DNA of 64,000 bases from Eutreptiella sp. 'Long Island Sound 2002' (Eukaryota; Protista; Euglenida). Below the pieces are notes generated by a model. The model did no database searches and was not told the DNA's origin. It was given only the letters and a program-made list of their open reading frames with translations. The stretch's first letter is position 1, and the number at the start of each line of letters is the position of its first letter. The stretch is from positions 120,776,001-120,840,000 of the forward strand of contig OZ038378.1 of NCBI GenBank assembly GCA_964036045.1, written 5' to 3'. Shown one piece after another: positions 1 through 11,009 of this stretch. A program made the translations under genes and the position numbers.

Positions 1-181
1 AGCACACGTGTACTGCAACCAACGGGACGCAACTCCCTTGCAGTGTGCCACCAAGGGTTGTCTCTCCACGTCTCATGCCCACCGAGGTTGGCAGAACCCG
101 AGCGGCCCTCAACAGCCACCAGGCCAGAGGGACACTTGGGATCCTTGCGCTCTCATCACCGCCGTGCCTCGCCACTCCCCA

Positions 182-1309
182 TCACTTGCTGGGGCTGGGG
201 CCCTGGCCGTACGTCCGGTTGAGGATGCTCAACGCCCGGTCACATTCCGTACCTTTCTCGTGCAGCAGAGATTCGGCCTTGACCTTGCCTGCCTGCGCCT
301 CGCGCGCCGCATCCTCTGCCGCCTCCATTCGGTCTTCCAGGGCATTCGGTCGTGCCTGCATACTTGCAATGGTTGCCTCGTGCTTGACCACCTGTTCCCG
401 TGCTTCGCGCTCCTTCTTGGTTGCCTGCTCCGTGGCCCGCTTTGCCCGGGTCTTGCCGCCACTTGCGATCGCCTTCTCGACGGCATCAGGCAACACCTCC
501 TTCAACGCCGTGCGCACGACCTCCTGCAACTCAAGTGCCAGCTGCGTGATCATTGTCCCCATGTCCATTGCCATTGGACTTGCCCGCCCCGGACTGCCAG
601 GTACGCGCCGCTTGGAGGGGGAGTTGGGGATGATTGTCCTCTGGGCAAGACGCGTCACGGATCCCCGCGCTGCCCTGTCTGATTGCTCCGGCTTGACCTC
701 GGCCCCAGGTTGCTGCCACAGTGGCTTTGTACGTTCCTCCGTGCGGGGCTCCTTCTTCACGTGTGAGCTTCCACGCAATTGACCCTGTTCTTGCCGCTTG
801 CGGTACTTCTCCAACCAATCGTCAACCGCGTTGTGCACCTCAATGGGGACACGGGCATCCAAACCCGTCAGCCTTGCTAGACTCTTCAGCGTCTTGAAGC
901 TAATCCGCTCGCCGTACACCAAGAACAACCATGTGTTGCTGGCCTTGGCATGGCCAACAAGGCACAAGTACTCCGCAACCACGTACGTCTTGCCATGTCC
1001 TGCATGCCCCTGGGGCACCTCGGCCAGACTGTCCGTACATGCCACTGGCAACCGCAATTGCAGGGCAGTGGCTGCCTTCCCCTTCCGGACGGTCAGTGTG
1101 CAGTCGCGATACCAGAACGTGCCCCCTTGCCTGGTCACAGGACTGTGCATGTCAGTGATGGTCAGCGTCGATTGCAACACCCATGTCGGAGGATCTTGAT
1201 GACTTGGTGCTCGCCCATCCACGGTCCGTGCAGCCTTCGATGGTGCCACTGGCGGTGGGGCCGCCTGCTCCTCCTCATCGACGTACTTCAGGACCAGGCG
1301 CCCGTACAT
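182..1309 (-). CDS. Unknown protein with C-terminal coiled coil (~375 aa), possibly TE accessory gene
   Basis: Open frame from MYGRLVLKY (ATG 1309-1307) to stop at 182. The C-terminus is Ala/Glu/Arg-rich and helical (KHEATIASMQARPNALEDRMEAAEDAAREAQ). The ATG is preceded on the minus strand by a pyrimidine run and CAAG. The ORF track extends to 2068 only by reading through the PAQEPP low-complexity repeat. Confidence 0.55.
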   Translation of the reverse strand: MYGRLVLKYVDEEEQAAPPPVAPSKAARTVDGRAPSHQDPPTWVLQSTLTITDMHSPVTRQGGTFWYRDCTLTVRKGKAATALQLRLPVACTDSLAEVPQGHAGHGKTYVVAEYLCLVGHAKASNTWLFLVYGERISFKTLKSLARLTGLDARVPIEVHNAVDDWLEKYRKRQEQGQLRGSSHVKKEPRTEERTKPLWQQPGAEVKPEQSDRAARGSVTRLAQRTIIPNSPSKRRVPGSPGRASPMAMDMGTMITQLALELQEVVRTALKEVLPDAVEKAIASGGKTRAKRATEQATKKEREAREQVVKHEATIASMQARPNALEDRMEAAEDAAREAQAGKVKAESLLHEKGTECDRALSILNRTYGQGPSPSK

Positions 1310-1364
1310 GTCGACATCCGCTTGAAGAGAAGTACGGGAAGTGCCAGCGACGAAAGGGGACAGG

Positions 1365-1655
1365 AAGTGGTCCAGGAAGGGGGGTTCCTGCGCAGGAAGG
1401 GGGGGGGTTTCCTGTGCAGGAAGGGTCCAGGAAGGGTCTAGTAAGGGTCTAGGAAGGGGGGTTCCTGTGCAGGAAGGGGGGGGGGGTTCCTGTGCAGGAA
1501 GGGGGTTCCTGGGGGGTTCCTGGGATGGTTCCGGTGCAGGAAGGGGGTTCCTGGGGGGTTCCTGGGATGGTTCCGGTGCAGGAAGGGGGGGGGGTTCCTG
1601 TGCAGGAAGGGGGTTCATGGGGGGTTCCTGGGACAGTTCATGTGCAGGAAGGAGG
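1365..1655 (-). repeat. AGGAACCCCCCCTTCCT-type degenerate minisatellite (PAQEPP when translated)
   Basis: Many copies of GGGGGTTCCTG(T/C)GCAGGAAGG on the + strand. Confidence 0.85.
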
Positions 1656-2394
1656 GGGGGTTCCAGAGTGACATGCACATGCCACAGCCCACACACGGTG
1701 CCCAATGGAAGTCCTCCAACGGCCCTCCCCTTGCATTGCCACCGCCGCTGACCCTTGGCACGCAGTACGGACCATATATTTGCCCCATTGCATTGTGAAC
1801 CCCTCCAACCAAAGGTCCTGCGATTCAAAGGGGATAGAGTGTCAACCTGCTGGCATGCACACCAAAAGGCCTGCTCCTGTACCACCTTGGTGTTCCGAAC
1901 GATCGCCCCGGTGGCCATCAACAAGCTCGGGTACACGGGTCTGGGCTCGGGTGGTGCCATCTCCATCCGGTACACCAAAACGTCACTGCTCTCCTCGGCA
2001 CCCCGGGCGAATCCTCCAAAGCGGCCATTTACCACCACCGAAATGCTCCCAGGCAGCGTAACCAACAAGGCGCGGTGTTCCGATCTCGTCTAGGGCAGAC
2101 CCTTGCTCACCTTGGGTAAACTGGTGGAAATACCTGGTGAAAGTGGTTCAACACAGGGTGTTTCATTGCTGCATACCATTTGTAGCACGACACATTATGT
2201 GCTTTCCGAGTTTTGCATGGGGTGCAGCCAAGGAAGGGTGGCCTAGGAACCCTCCCCCAAATGACATGGTAGTGCACCGCTCAAGTGACGGACCACACTT
2301 ATGGGGGGTGTTTTGGGCGTCAAAATAAGCGTATGGGAACTATCACGACCCCGGTGTGGGGCCAAGGGAGTCAACTTTTTTCGGGCAGCAACAC

Positions 2395-2545
2395 CCCTAG
2401 GAACCCCTTCCTAGACCCTTCCTGCACCCTTCCTGGACCCCTTCCTAGTAGGAACCCCCCTTCGTAGACCCTTCCTAGACCTCTTCCTGGCCAGGAACCC
2501 CCCCCTTCCTGGCCAGGAACCCCCCTTCCTATGGCCCTTCCTGCC
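2395..2545 (+). repeat. Same AGGAACCCC/CCCTTCCT repeat in inverted orientation relative to 1365-1655
   Basis: ctaggaaccccttcctagacccttcctgcacccttcctgg resembles the reverse complement of 1420-1470. Confidence 0.75.
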
Positions 2546-2570
2546 CCTCAAAGGCAGCCCAGTTCTCGCA

Positions 2571-4158
2571 ATGTCTGCATGTCCGTTTGCTTGGGATTGG
2601 ATGGCGGCCGTCACAGGCCGGGCCGGTACACGTGGTTGCTCCCTTCCGGAGGGGCAGACGTTCCACGACACGGCCATCGCAACCAACTCCGCCGTGACTT
2701 GGCCGCCGGGCACGAGCATTGGCCGGGTGCGCATCACCAAGTCCATCCTCCGTGAAAGGGACCCCTGTACCCTCTCAGACCTCATTGCAGAGACAATGCG
2801 CCGGAACCCCGAGATCACCGCTTTCCATGTGCGGCCTAGCGGAGCGGACTACTCCTCCTTGCTGGAGTCCCTGTCGACCCGCCTTCCCAGCGACCACGCG
2901 CGGATCCGCAGCCATTACATGGCTGCGCACCCGGTCGATGCCGAGCCGCCCACCACCCTCCGCTTCGCTTCTACGAAGCCCAAGCCTGCGACTTTCGCCA
3001 AGGAGGGGTGCCCCAAGGAGGCGGCAAGGCGGAAGCTCTTCCTCTTCGATCCGCGGCAGTCTGGTGAGGAGACGCTGGTCATCTACTCGCTCTTAAGTCG
3101 CTCGGCGTGGGAATGGGACGGCGACGGTCCCGGGCTCACCGTCCCGAGTGCGTATGCGGCCAGCGGGCTCCTTGCCCTCCCCGTCACCTCCACGCCGCTA
3201 TTTGTCGCGCACGAGGATCTGCTGTTGGAGCTGCCGAGTGACTGCCCCACTGCCGTGAACAGCGACCCAAGTCACCTTGCCGGCCTGCAGCACTTGTTCA
3301 TCCGGAGTTTTTTGCGGAGTATGAGGTGGAGGAGGCGCACAAGGAGGCACCAGCGATCGCCGAGGAGCGTTGGGCCCGGATCTTCAATCACAACCGCCCA
3401 GTTGCCGACGGAGCTCACGACCCACCGGACCGCAAGATGGTGTGGGGGAAGCCGGAGAACATGGCGAAGCATCCGGACGGGGAGGAACACATCTGCCTCT
3501 GGGACCTGCCGCGCCTGTCGGCCATGGTGACGCCGGTGAAGGCCAAGTTGGAGGCCATCTTGGGCAAGGCGCTGCACGTCATGACGCAAGGCTACATCAA
3601 GTCCATCAGCCACGTCTGCCAACTGCCGCACCGAGATTTCCCAGCAGCGTCACTTCCTGTGGATGGCATCGCCCTCTCCGTGTTCTAGGCTCTGTCGATG
3701 GACATCCCTGATGATGAGGTTTGCGTGCAGCTCGTCGCGATGTTTGCCCGTGCGTTTCCTCGGCCTTGGATCATCCACCGCATACCGATGAGAAGGGGTT
3801 CCCTCTGGGTGATCTGCTCGACATTGGTGCATGAAGGGGGCGGCCTGCCATTGGCTGCGGAACCGGGGTCCCGCCGTATCATTGGGTTCTGTGGATTGTC
3901 GATGCACACTGTGTCTTACGCCACCACGCACGCCATCACGCCCCCGTTCTGGGCGCACAAGGCCGCTATCAGTTGTGGAGTCCACGGATGCCGCCGGAAG
4001 CCGACAAGTGAGAAGTTCTTTGGGTGCGGAGTCCAAGTCTTTGCCGCAATCACACAGGGATGGAGTGCAGCAAGTGCGACACTGAAGCAGTAGCAGCAGC
4101 AGCATCCGATTCGGGGAGTGCCGAGGCCGCTGATCCAAGTCGAGTCCCTACCCTGTAG
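2571..4158 (+). pseudogene. Disrupted 2OG-Fe(II) dioxygenase (PhyH-like motif spacing) with C-terminal Cys/His zinc finger
   Basis: Joined frames give QLPHRD (HxD at 3629-3637), LSVF*ALS (TAG at 3686, probably from TGG), GSLWVICSTLVHEGG (His at 3830) and RRIIGF (Arg at 3872-3877). These are followed by CGVHGC..FGC..(fs)LCRNH..CSKC. There are frameshifts near 3270-3313 and ~4040. Confidence 0.6.
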
Positions 4159-6120
4159 CACATGGTGACGTGTTTGATTCCATCGGATGGGACGATGCTT
4201 TACACGGGGCATTACGAGGCAGCGCCCGCACCACATGTGATTTGGTGCCCTTTTCCCACACCCCAACTAGTACCTGCTCTACCTCTCGTGGGCTGTCTTT
4301 GTGTGCAGCCTGCTCGGCTTTGTCCCCGGCCGTAGCAGTGCTTTGGTCCGTGGCCCCCTGACCAACAACATTGCCATCTTTGTTGTCACGTGGAACAATA
4401 TCAGATCGCCCCTTGGGGATGGAAGCCAGTGCACGTTGCACTTTGGAGGTCCACCAGCGAATGCCGTTTGCTATGTTGCGCTCTTGTTCCTCTTGGAGGG
4501 CACCCCACCTCACTTCAGGACTCGCTTTTTCTGATTCTTGGTGCCCTTGCCTCATATTTTCAAACATTTTCGCTATCGCCGCCGTCCTGCGCTGCCTCAA
4601 TGGCCGTGGTTTCTTGTTCGAAGCAGCGACACCCAATCCCATGCGCTCTGCGAGACCCGCTTGTTTTTTTCTTATCAGCGACTGACAGGCCGCAGCGGAC
4701 TCCGGAACGTGTCGAGCGCACATTGCTATGGCTTCAATGTTGGCCACCGTGGAACGTGCGTATTCATCTTGGATGCGGGGGCACCTTGAGAACTCACTGG
4801 CAATGCATGGGTGGCCTTGGGAGGCAGTGCTTTTTTCCTCTGCTTGGACTCTGTCGTGGATGCAGGACTCGGCACAATAAACGTGACAGACGGACGACCT
4901 GGCGATGGGGATGGCGATGGGGAGGTCACCACAGAAATCTTCGCCTGCCCCAAGGCAAGTTGCCCTTGCAGTGTGGCCTCTGGTGATCCCATTCTGCCCA
5001 ACGGATTCAGGGCGGTTGACAATTCTGGCCGCCACCGCGATGTGAGCTCTTTTGGAGCAGCAGTGTGGGCGCTCTCTGCCAGCCACTTCGTTAGGCGCAT
5101 CACAGGCCACTTGCTAGTCTCCACAACACCACAGCCTCGCTCGTCGATGACGAACATGTTAGTCCCACTGCCAATCTGAAGGGCCTGTGACAACGACCAA
5201 GGAACAACGAACACCACATCACATGTAGCACTTTCATTGGTGAAGCGATGGCCTACACTTGTGAAATTCGTTTAGTGTAACCCCTGGGCATCAAAGTTTC
5301 ACCCCGTGTTTCACTGCGGTTTAGAATGAGGCACATGACAAATAGGCTGGTTCTCTCGGAGAACTGGCTGTTTTCGGTTGTGCCGTTGGCGTCATGCATA
5401 CGAGGAGAAGCCGCTCCCATGGATATCCCAACAGTGCCTGGTGCAGTTGCGGAAGTAGCGGCAGTAGGTGATCTCTTGTTGCTCTTGGTCCCTTTATAGC
5501 CACCACAAACGGACCATGAGTCAGCAGTGATGTTGGACTCCGTTTGTCTTACGCCAGCGTTGCATTTCCTTCAAATCAGCCAAGCGGGTAATCGAAGTTA
5601 GTGATTGGCTCAAAAAAATTTTGAGCCCACACCCAGTACCATTGCCTGCATCATTAGAATTCATCCGCGGCTTCCTCGTGCCCACGGCATAGAAGTCCCA
5701 AAAGTTGAAAACGGCATCGATATCCTCCTCTTGACAAGCAATTCGGAATGTAGGGTGTGTCTTCTTGCCGATGCACAAACCCTTGGAATTGGCCCACTTG
5801 GTGGGCCCGAAGTCCTTCATCGACCAAGGGGTATTGGCCGTTGTCTTCATGATCGTATTGGGTCTCACGCCCCATCCACAGGACCATACGACGCCGGAAC
5901 AGATACTTCACTGCGATACCGCCGAGCCAGGACCACTTGGTGTCGTCACGCGCAAGGACACCGTTGGCGTCCGGCCACCGGTGGTGCAGAATGTGTGAGC
6001 GGAGCGGAAACCTGCTTGAATCTTCTGGTTGAGTCTGCGGGATTATGACAAGGGGTGGCATCTCTGGGTAAGCCGCCATGACTACAGTGTGACGGGATTC
6101 CATGAAACGCACCATACATC

Positions 6121-7041
6121 GCACGAAGTCGCCCCCCCCCCCTACCTTGGAGGTAGGGGGGGGTAGGGGGGGGGGTGCAGGGGGGGTAGGGGGGGGTGTA
6201 GGGGGGGTAGGGGGGGCTAGGGGGGGCGGTAGGGGGGGAGGTAGGGGGGCGTAGGGGGGGGGTACGGGGGGAGGTAGGGGGGGGTCGAGAAGGTAGGGGG
6301 GGGGGTAGGGGGGCAGTGCACACTCAAAGCGGGGCATACACAAAGCGGTCCACACAGAAGGCGGGTTGTTACCACCGCAGGAGTGATTTTATTGAAGGCG
6401 CCACAGGCAAGGCGGTACACACAGAACGCGGTGCACACACAAGGAGGAACACACAAAAGGTGGCCTGTGGGCACCGCGGGAGTCATGTTATTTAAGGGGC
6501 CACAGGCAAGGCGGTGCACACACAAGGTGGTGCACACACAAGGCGGAACACACAAAAGGCGGTCTCTGGCCACCCCAGGAGTCTTGTTATTTAAGGGGCC
6601 ACAGGCAAGGCGGCGCACAGAGAAGGCGGTGCACACACAAGGCGGAACACCCAAAAGGCGGTCTGTGGCCACCACAAGAGTCTTGTTATTTAAGGGGCCA
6701 CAGGCAAGGCGGTACACACATATGGTGGTGCACACACAAGGCAGCACACACAAAAGGCGGACTGCGGCCACCGCAGGAGTCATGGTATTTAAGGGGGGTG
6801 CGGGGGTCGGCCCCCGCGTCGAGCGAAGCGAGCCGTCGGTCGCGCGAAGCAAGCCGAAGGTAGGGGGGGGGAGGTACGTGGGGGTTGTAGGGGGGGGGGG
6901 GTAGGGGGGGTAGGAAAGGGGGGGGGGTAGGGCGGGGGTAGGGGGGGTGCATGTGGGGGGGGCTGGGGGGGGGCCTGGAGGGGGTAGGGGGGGTACGGGG
7001 GGAGTAGGTAGGGGGGGAGGTAGGAGGGGGCGACTTCGTGC
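6121..7041. mobile_element. MITE-like element with terminal inverted repeats, G-rich arms and internal tandem array
   Basis: GCACGAAGTCGCCCCC at 6121 and GGGGGCGACTTCGTGC ending at 7041. The flanks atacatc / atactatc resemble an imperfect target duplication. No coding capacity seen. Confidence 0.65.
6315..6797 (+). repeat. 99-bp tandem repeat, ~4.9 copies
   Basis: CCACAGGCAAGGCGG anchors at 6401, 6500, 6599 and 6698. Confidence 0.9.
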
Positions 7042-8257
7042 ATACTATCAACGCACAAAGGAGGGATCCCCCTTCTTGAGAACGTCAGATATCAGCCAGA
7101 GTGACGCTAGATAAAGAGAAATGGGGCACCATGGACAAACAATAAGACGAGCATCATTCAATTGCAAGGAGGAGTTGGTTGTGCATGTTTTACGTTCATG
7201 TTTTCAGGTTCAAATGGTGAACGTGCCTGGATAATTTCACTACCAGCAGCGGTGAACGCAGGCTATTTCACTCTTGGAAGTGTTCAAGTGGGGGAAGGGG
7301 CACATCTACTCAAAGTTTGCCCGGAAATCTCGCATTGTTTGGGCAACTTGCTCAATAGTCTTTTGTGTGTGGCTCCGAATGGTTGCTCCACATCTAGAAT
7401 GCCATATGTGAGCAAACGAGGGCTCTCGGGGGTTTTGAAGGTGAGGAATCTGGATTTCAACTCCATTTCTTGCACTTTTGACATTTTGCAGGGCACGGCC
7501 CCATTTGTCGTGTTGGCTCCGGGTCCTACGTGTTTTGCATGTTCATAGCAGCGACGTGTGCAGCGTGCCCAGCGTGCTCTAAGATGTCGCGCCGAAGATG
7601 AGAATCACGTCCTCCGTGTTCTCCTGTTGGGCATCCTCTTCCCCAATGGCCCCGCCCCTCTTCCCCCGCAAGTACCAGCTCCCTGGTGTCCACCTCGAGG
7701 CCATGGACGCCATGAGCATGTTGGACACGCCCGGCACCAAGCAGGAGTCCGCAGCATCGGTGTTTCAGGTTAGACAGTAAACAATTTCGTTTCGTTGCCT
7801 TGTCGTTCATCACACACTATGCACGCGGACCGCAACCGGCTGACTAGCTCTGCGTCCTCTGCGTTTACCTCTTGGTGCTCCAGCGCTGTGAGTGTCTGGC
7901 ACGCTCCTTTGGACCTGTCACAGCTAGGTTCTACGCCGGTTGGGTTCAAAAGGTGACGACCATACACGGCGACCATGGGGAGGAGCGGTACAAACTCCAC
8001 TTGACCTAGGCGGTGACGTACGAGGTGGACACGACAATGGGCCGTGGCCACTTCATCCAAAAAACTACTGGCAAGGCAACATGGTAGTGGACATGGGCAA
8101 GATCCGAGCTGGCACTTTTTGGGGTTTCGTTACTGACGAGGTATTTTTTGGCATTATCGTTCAAGTGCAAATATTCCGTTTCGCTCACAGCCTCCTCGGT
8201 ACAAAGAGCGAAACACTATGTCACACAATGCCTTTTCCTTTTTTAGGAGGAACCACA

Positions 8258-8954
8258 TTAGCAAAAGAAGAAGAGAAAGAAGGAGGAGAGCAAGGAAGAT
8301 GTGGAACTCGAAGAGGTACAGGGCAAGAAGAAGAAAAAGAAGCACAAGCAGCCCAAGGAGAAGCAGGAACCGGTGCATGAAGAGGATTGACCCGTCCAGA
8401 GTGTGAAGCCCGCAAAGGAGGTCGGAAGGTCATGTGTGCCCCCCACCCCTTCATCAAGTGACCGGGCTGTTCTAGCTGACCCTAACATTAGGCTCTCTGA
8501 TCGTGACTCCACAGTGCCCTCCGCGTCGGGCGCGTGTTGCCATGCTCCATGTTTGGCCCCCGGTATGGCGGTACCTGTCCTACGCTTCCTACGCGTCCTG
8601 CACGTGCTCTGTTTATTCCGTAGGATACTCAGCGCGGGAAAGAAAGCCCCTCAGTCCACCATACTGGAGCAGTCCCCAACGTGCCCCTTGAAGGACGACT
8701 ACAAGGATGACGACATCCAAGAGCTTGGGGACACGCACAGCCGCGAACAGCAGCAGGAGGAGGACGAGGAAGAGGAGGAGGAGCCCATGGCAGCAAAATT
8801 GGGCAAGAAGGCGGCTCAAAAAGCCGCGCTAGCAATGGTCAAGAGTGAAGGAGCGAGCAAGAAGTGCCCCCACATTTTCATTACAAGGCAAGGCTCCAAC
8901 CTACCGCGTTGTGACACATGTAATGGACGCCGAGAAGTATGCGGAGGGGGATGA
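8258..8954 (+). pseudogene. Lys/Glu-rich low-complexity ORF remnant, unknown function
   Basis: One frame reads KEDVELEEVQGKKKKKKHK...HEED*PVQSVKPAKE...EEDEEEEEEPMAAKLGKKAAQK, with one internal stop. Confidence 0.3.
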
Positions 8955-11009
8955 GCACACCAAGAACCTCCCCATCATTCAGCATTCCTTGAAGAAGTTG
9001 ACAGGACGGTACCACAGGTGCAGCACCACTACTCCGTGTGTGTGGACGGGACGCTGAATGCGAAAGATGCGTGTTAAGCGAGTGGGCTCTTTTGGGTGTC
9101 GCTGATGTCACGCTCCCATCGTGGCTTCGGAGTGAACTCCGCTTCGGGCGCGTCCTGCATTCATGCTTCATGTCTGTGCTCTGGCACAGCGGCACATGCC
9201 CTGTGTGTCGTATGTGTTCCTACGTGTGTTGTTTCCATTCGGCAGACCGACAGCTTCTGGGCGTGGGCTTGTTGATGCGCAGCAAATCCTTCCCAAGAAC
9301 CGTGCAGAATATCGTGCGGTGCGGGGTGAAAAATGCACAAAGTTCAGCGCGTTGCAGTCGCGCCACCAAGTTTTCCCTACTTTGGACCTGGACAACACAT
9401 GTCGCACAATTGCACAGCACGGAATTGTTTTTTCCTAGGAGTTTTTAGATGCAGTGCCTGGCATGTTCTTTCCCAAATCCTCAGGCCAATTGGGCGTATT
9501 GTTGGGAACATCACCACCAAGTGGTCCAGCCGAGCTCCTGTTCAACCTGGGCATCCCGGAAGTGTCCCTACCGAAACGGGTCTGGAAATCATTCCGATCT
9601 TCGGGACCACCACTCCCGATGATTGCCTCCGTTTTGGCACACAATGCCTCCGAACATCGCTTCCGATGTTCGCAAGCACTGCTTCAGATGGTTAGTTGCC
9701 GTCATATACAACACTGCTTTCAGACGGCTTTCCGCAATGGCTTGGACGAACCAAGACGTCTACATCCCAAAACTCTACCCTAATCCCATGGGATTTGACA
9801 AAAAGTTGTGAAGTGACTCATGACACTGCCACCCAGATCAGTGCCCGCGAAATAGGTGAATTTGTACTTGGAGGACACCGTGACCGCAGAATGAAGGTAC
9901 TGTGTTCCGACCGGCAAGCCCCGTTTTTACAAAGCAATTGCGTCACCAATCATGCTCATGCAAGAGGGTTTTTGTCTCTTGCTTGGATCCATATTGAAAA
10001 CATAGTGAAAACATGACATCCCCGCCCCTCCCCCCAACCCCCAAAGGTGGTGACGCATGATGTGCTGCCACCTCTTGCATGGCAATTTTTTTTTGTTTTT
10101 TGGCCAGCCATCGCACCCACCCCAACCCTTTCCCCTGAAATCGGAATCCGTGGACCCCCGGCGGCGTGACTAACCCCTGTGATGCCTTTTGGGGATGTGG
10201 GATGCACAGATTCAGGTGCGTCTAACTTCTGGGGGATGGAGTGTCTTGCTTTGTGCGCGTTAGTTTGCGGACAATGCATCATTAGTGCCACACGTAGCCG
10301 CTCATATCAACTGGTGGCAGATCATGTATGAGAACCTTTTGCACTAAAGTTCAACTCGATTTCTGCACCCTGTTGGCAGGTTTTCTTGGAGTCGTGGTAG
10401 GTGGTTCTCGAACCCAATGTGTTTCTTTTAGTACACACGTAGTCCCCGGCTTCCCCTTTTGATTTTGAGTAGTATCCCCCCTTTGTGGATGCAGGATGGT
10501 CCCATCTGCCAGAAGTCTTGCAACGCGGAGACTTTTGGGAGGACCCATGGGACTTGGATGCCGAAAAACCCTTGGCAGAGCTTGCTGAGCGGGAGTCTTG
10601 CACACCACCATCCCAACCACCACAGCATGTTCTTAGTGCTACTGGAGTACTTTGCGGTGGTTGCCGCACCCTATATTGCTATATCTGGACGGTGGATGAT
10701 GCTCCCCCCCCCCCCCTCTTTGTAACGAACCAAGCAGTCCTCCTTTTTGTCAAGAAGAGGTCAGCCCTTTTTTTTGCCTGTTTGCCAGTTTTTAGTGCTC
10801 GTGGAGCGCCTTGCCGTACTTGGAGCACCGCATTTTCATATAAGTCGACGTTTTATGTTTTTCCGTGCTCTCTACAGCGTCTTCAGGTGCCTAGCGTGGT
10901 ATGAATATGCGGCGAGTCCTGAATTTCCGGAAATAGAATTATCATTTTTTCCCGGGTGTCCAACCATGGACTATGATTCACTAACTGCACCTTGGTGTTG
11001 ACTGGGCGT

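Noticed and set aside
4170-4290. Chromodomain-like EVEQVL..KG at the end of ORF 4148-5110 (-)
   Set aside because: It lacks the conserved YxVxWxG and W-E-P motifs.
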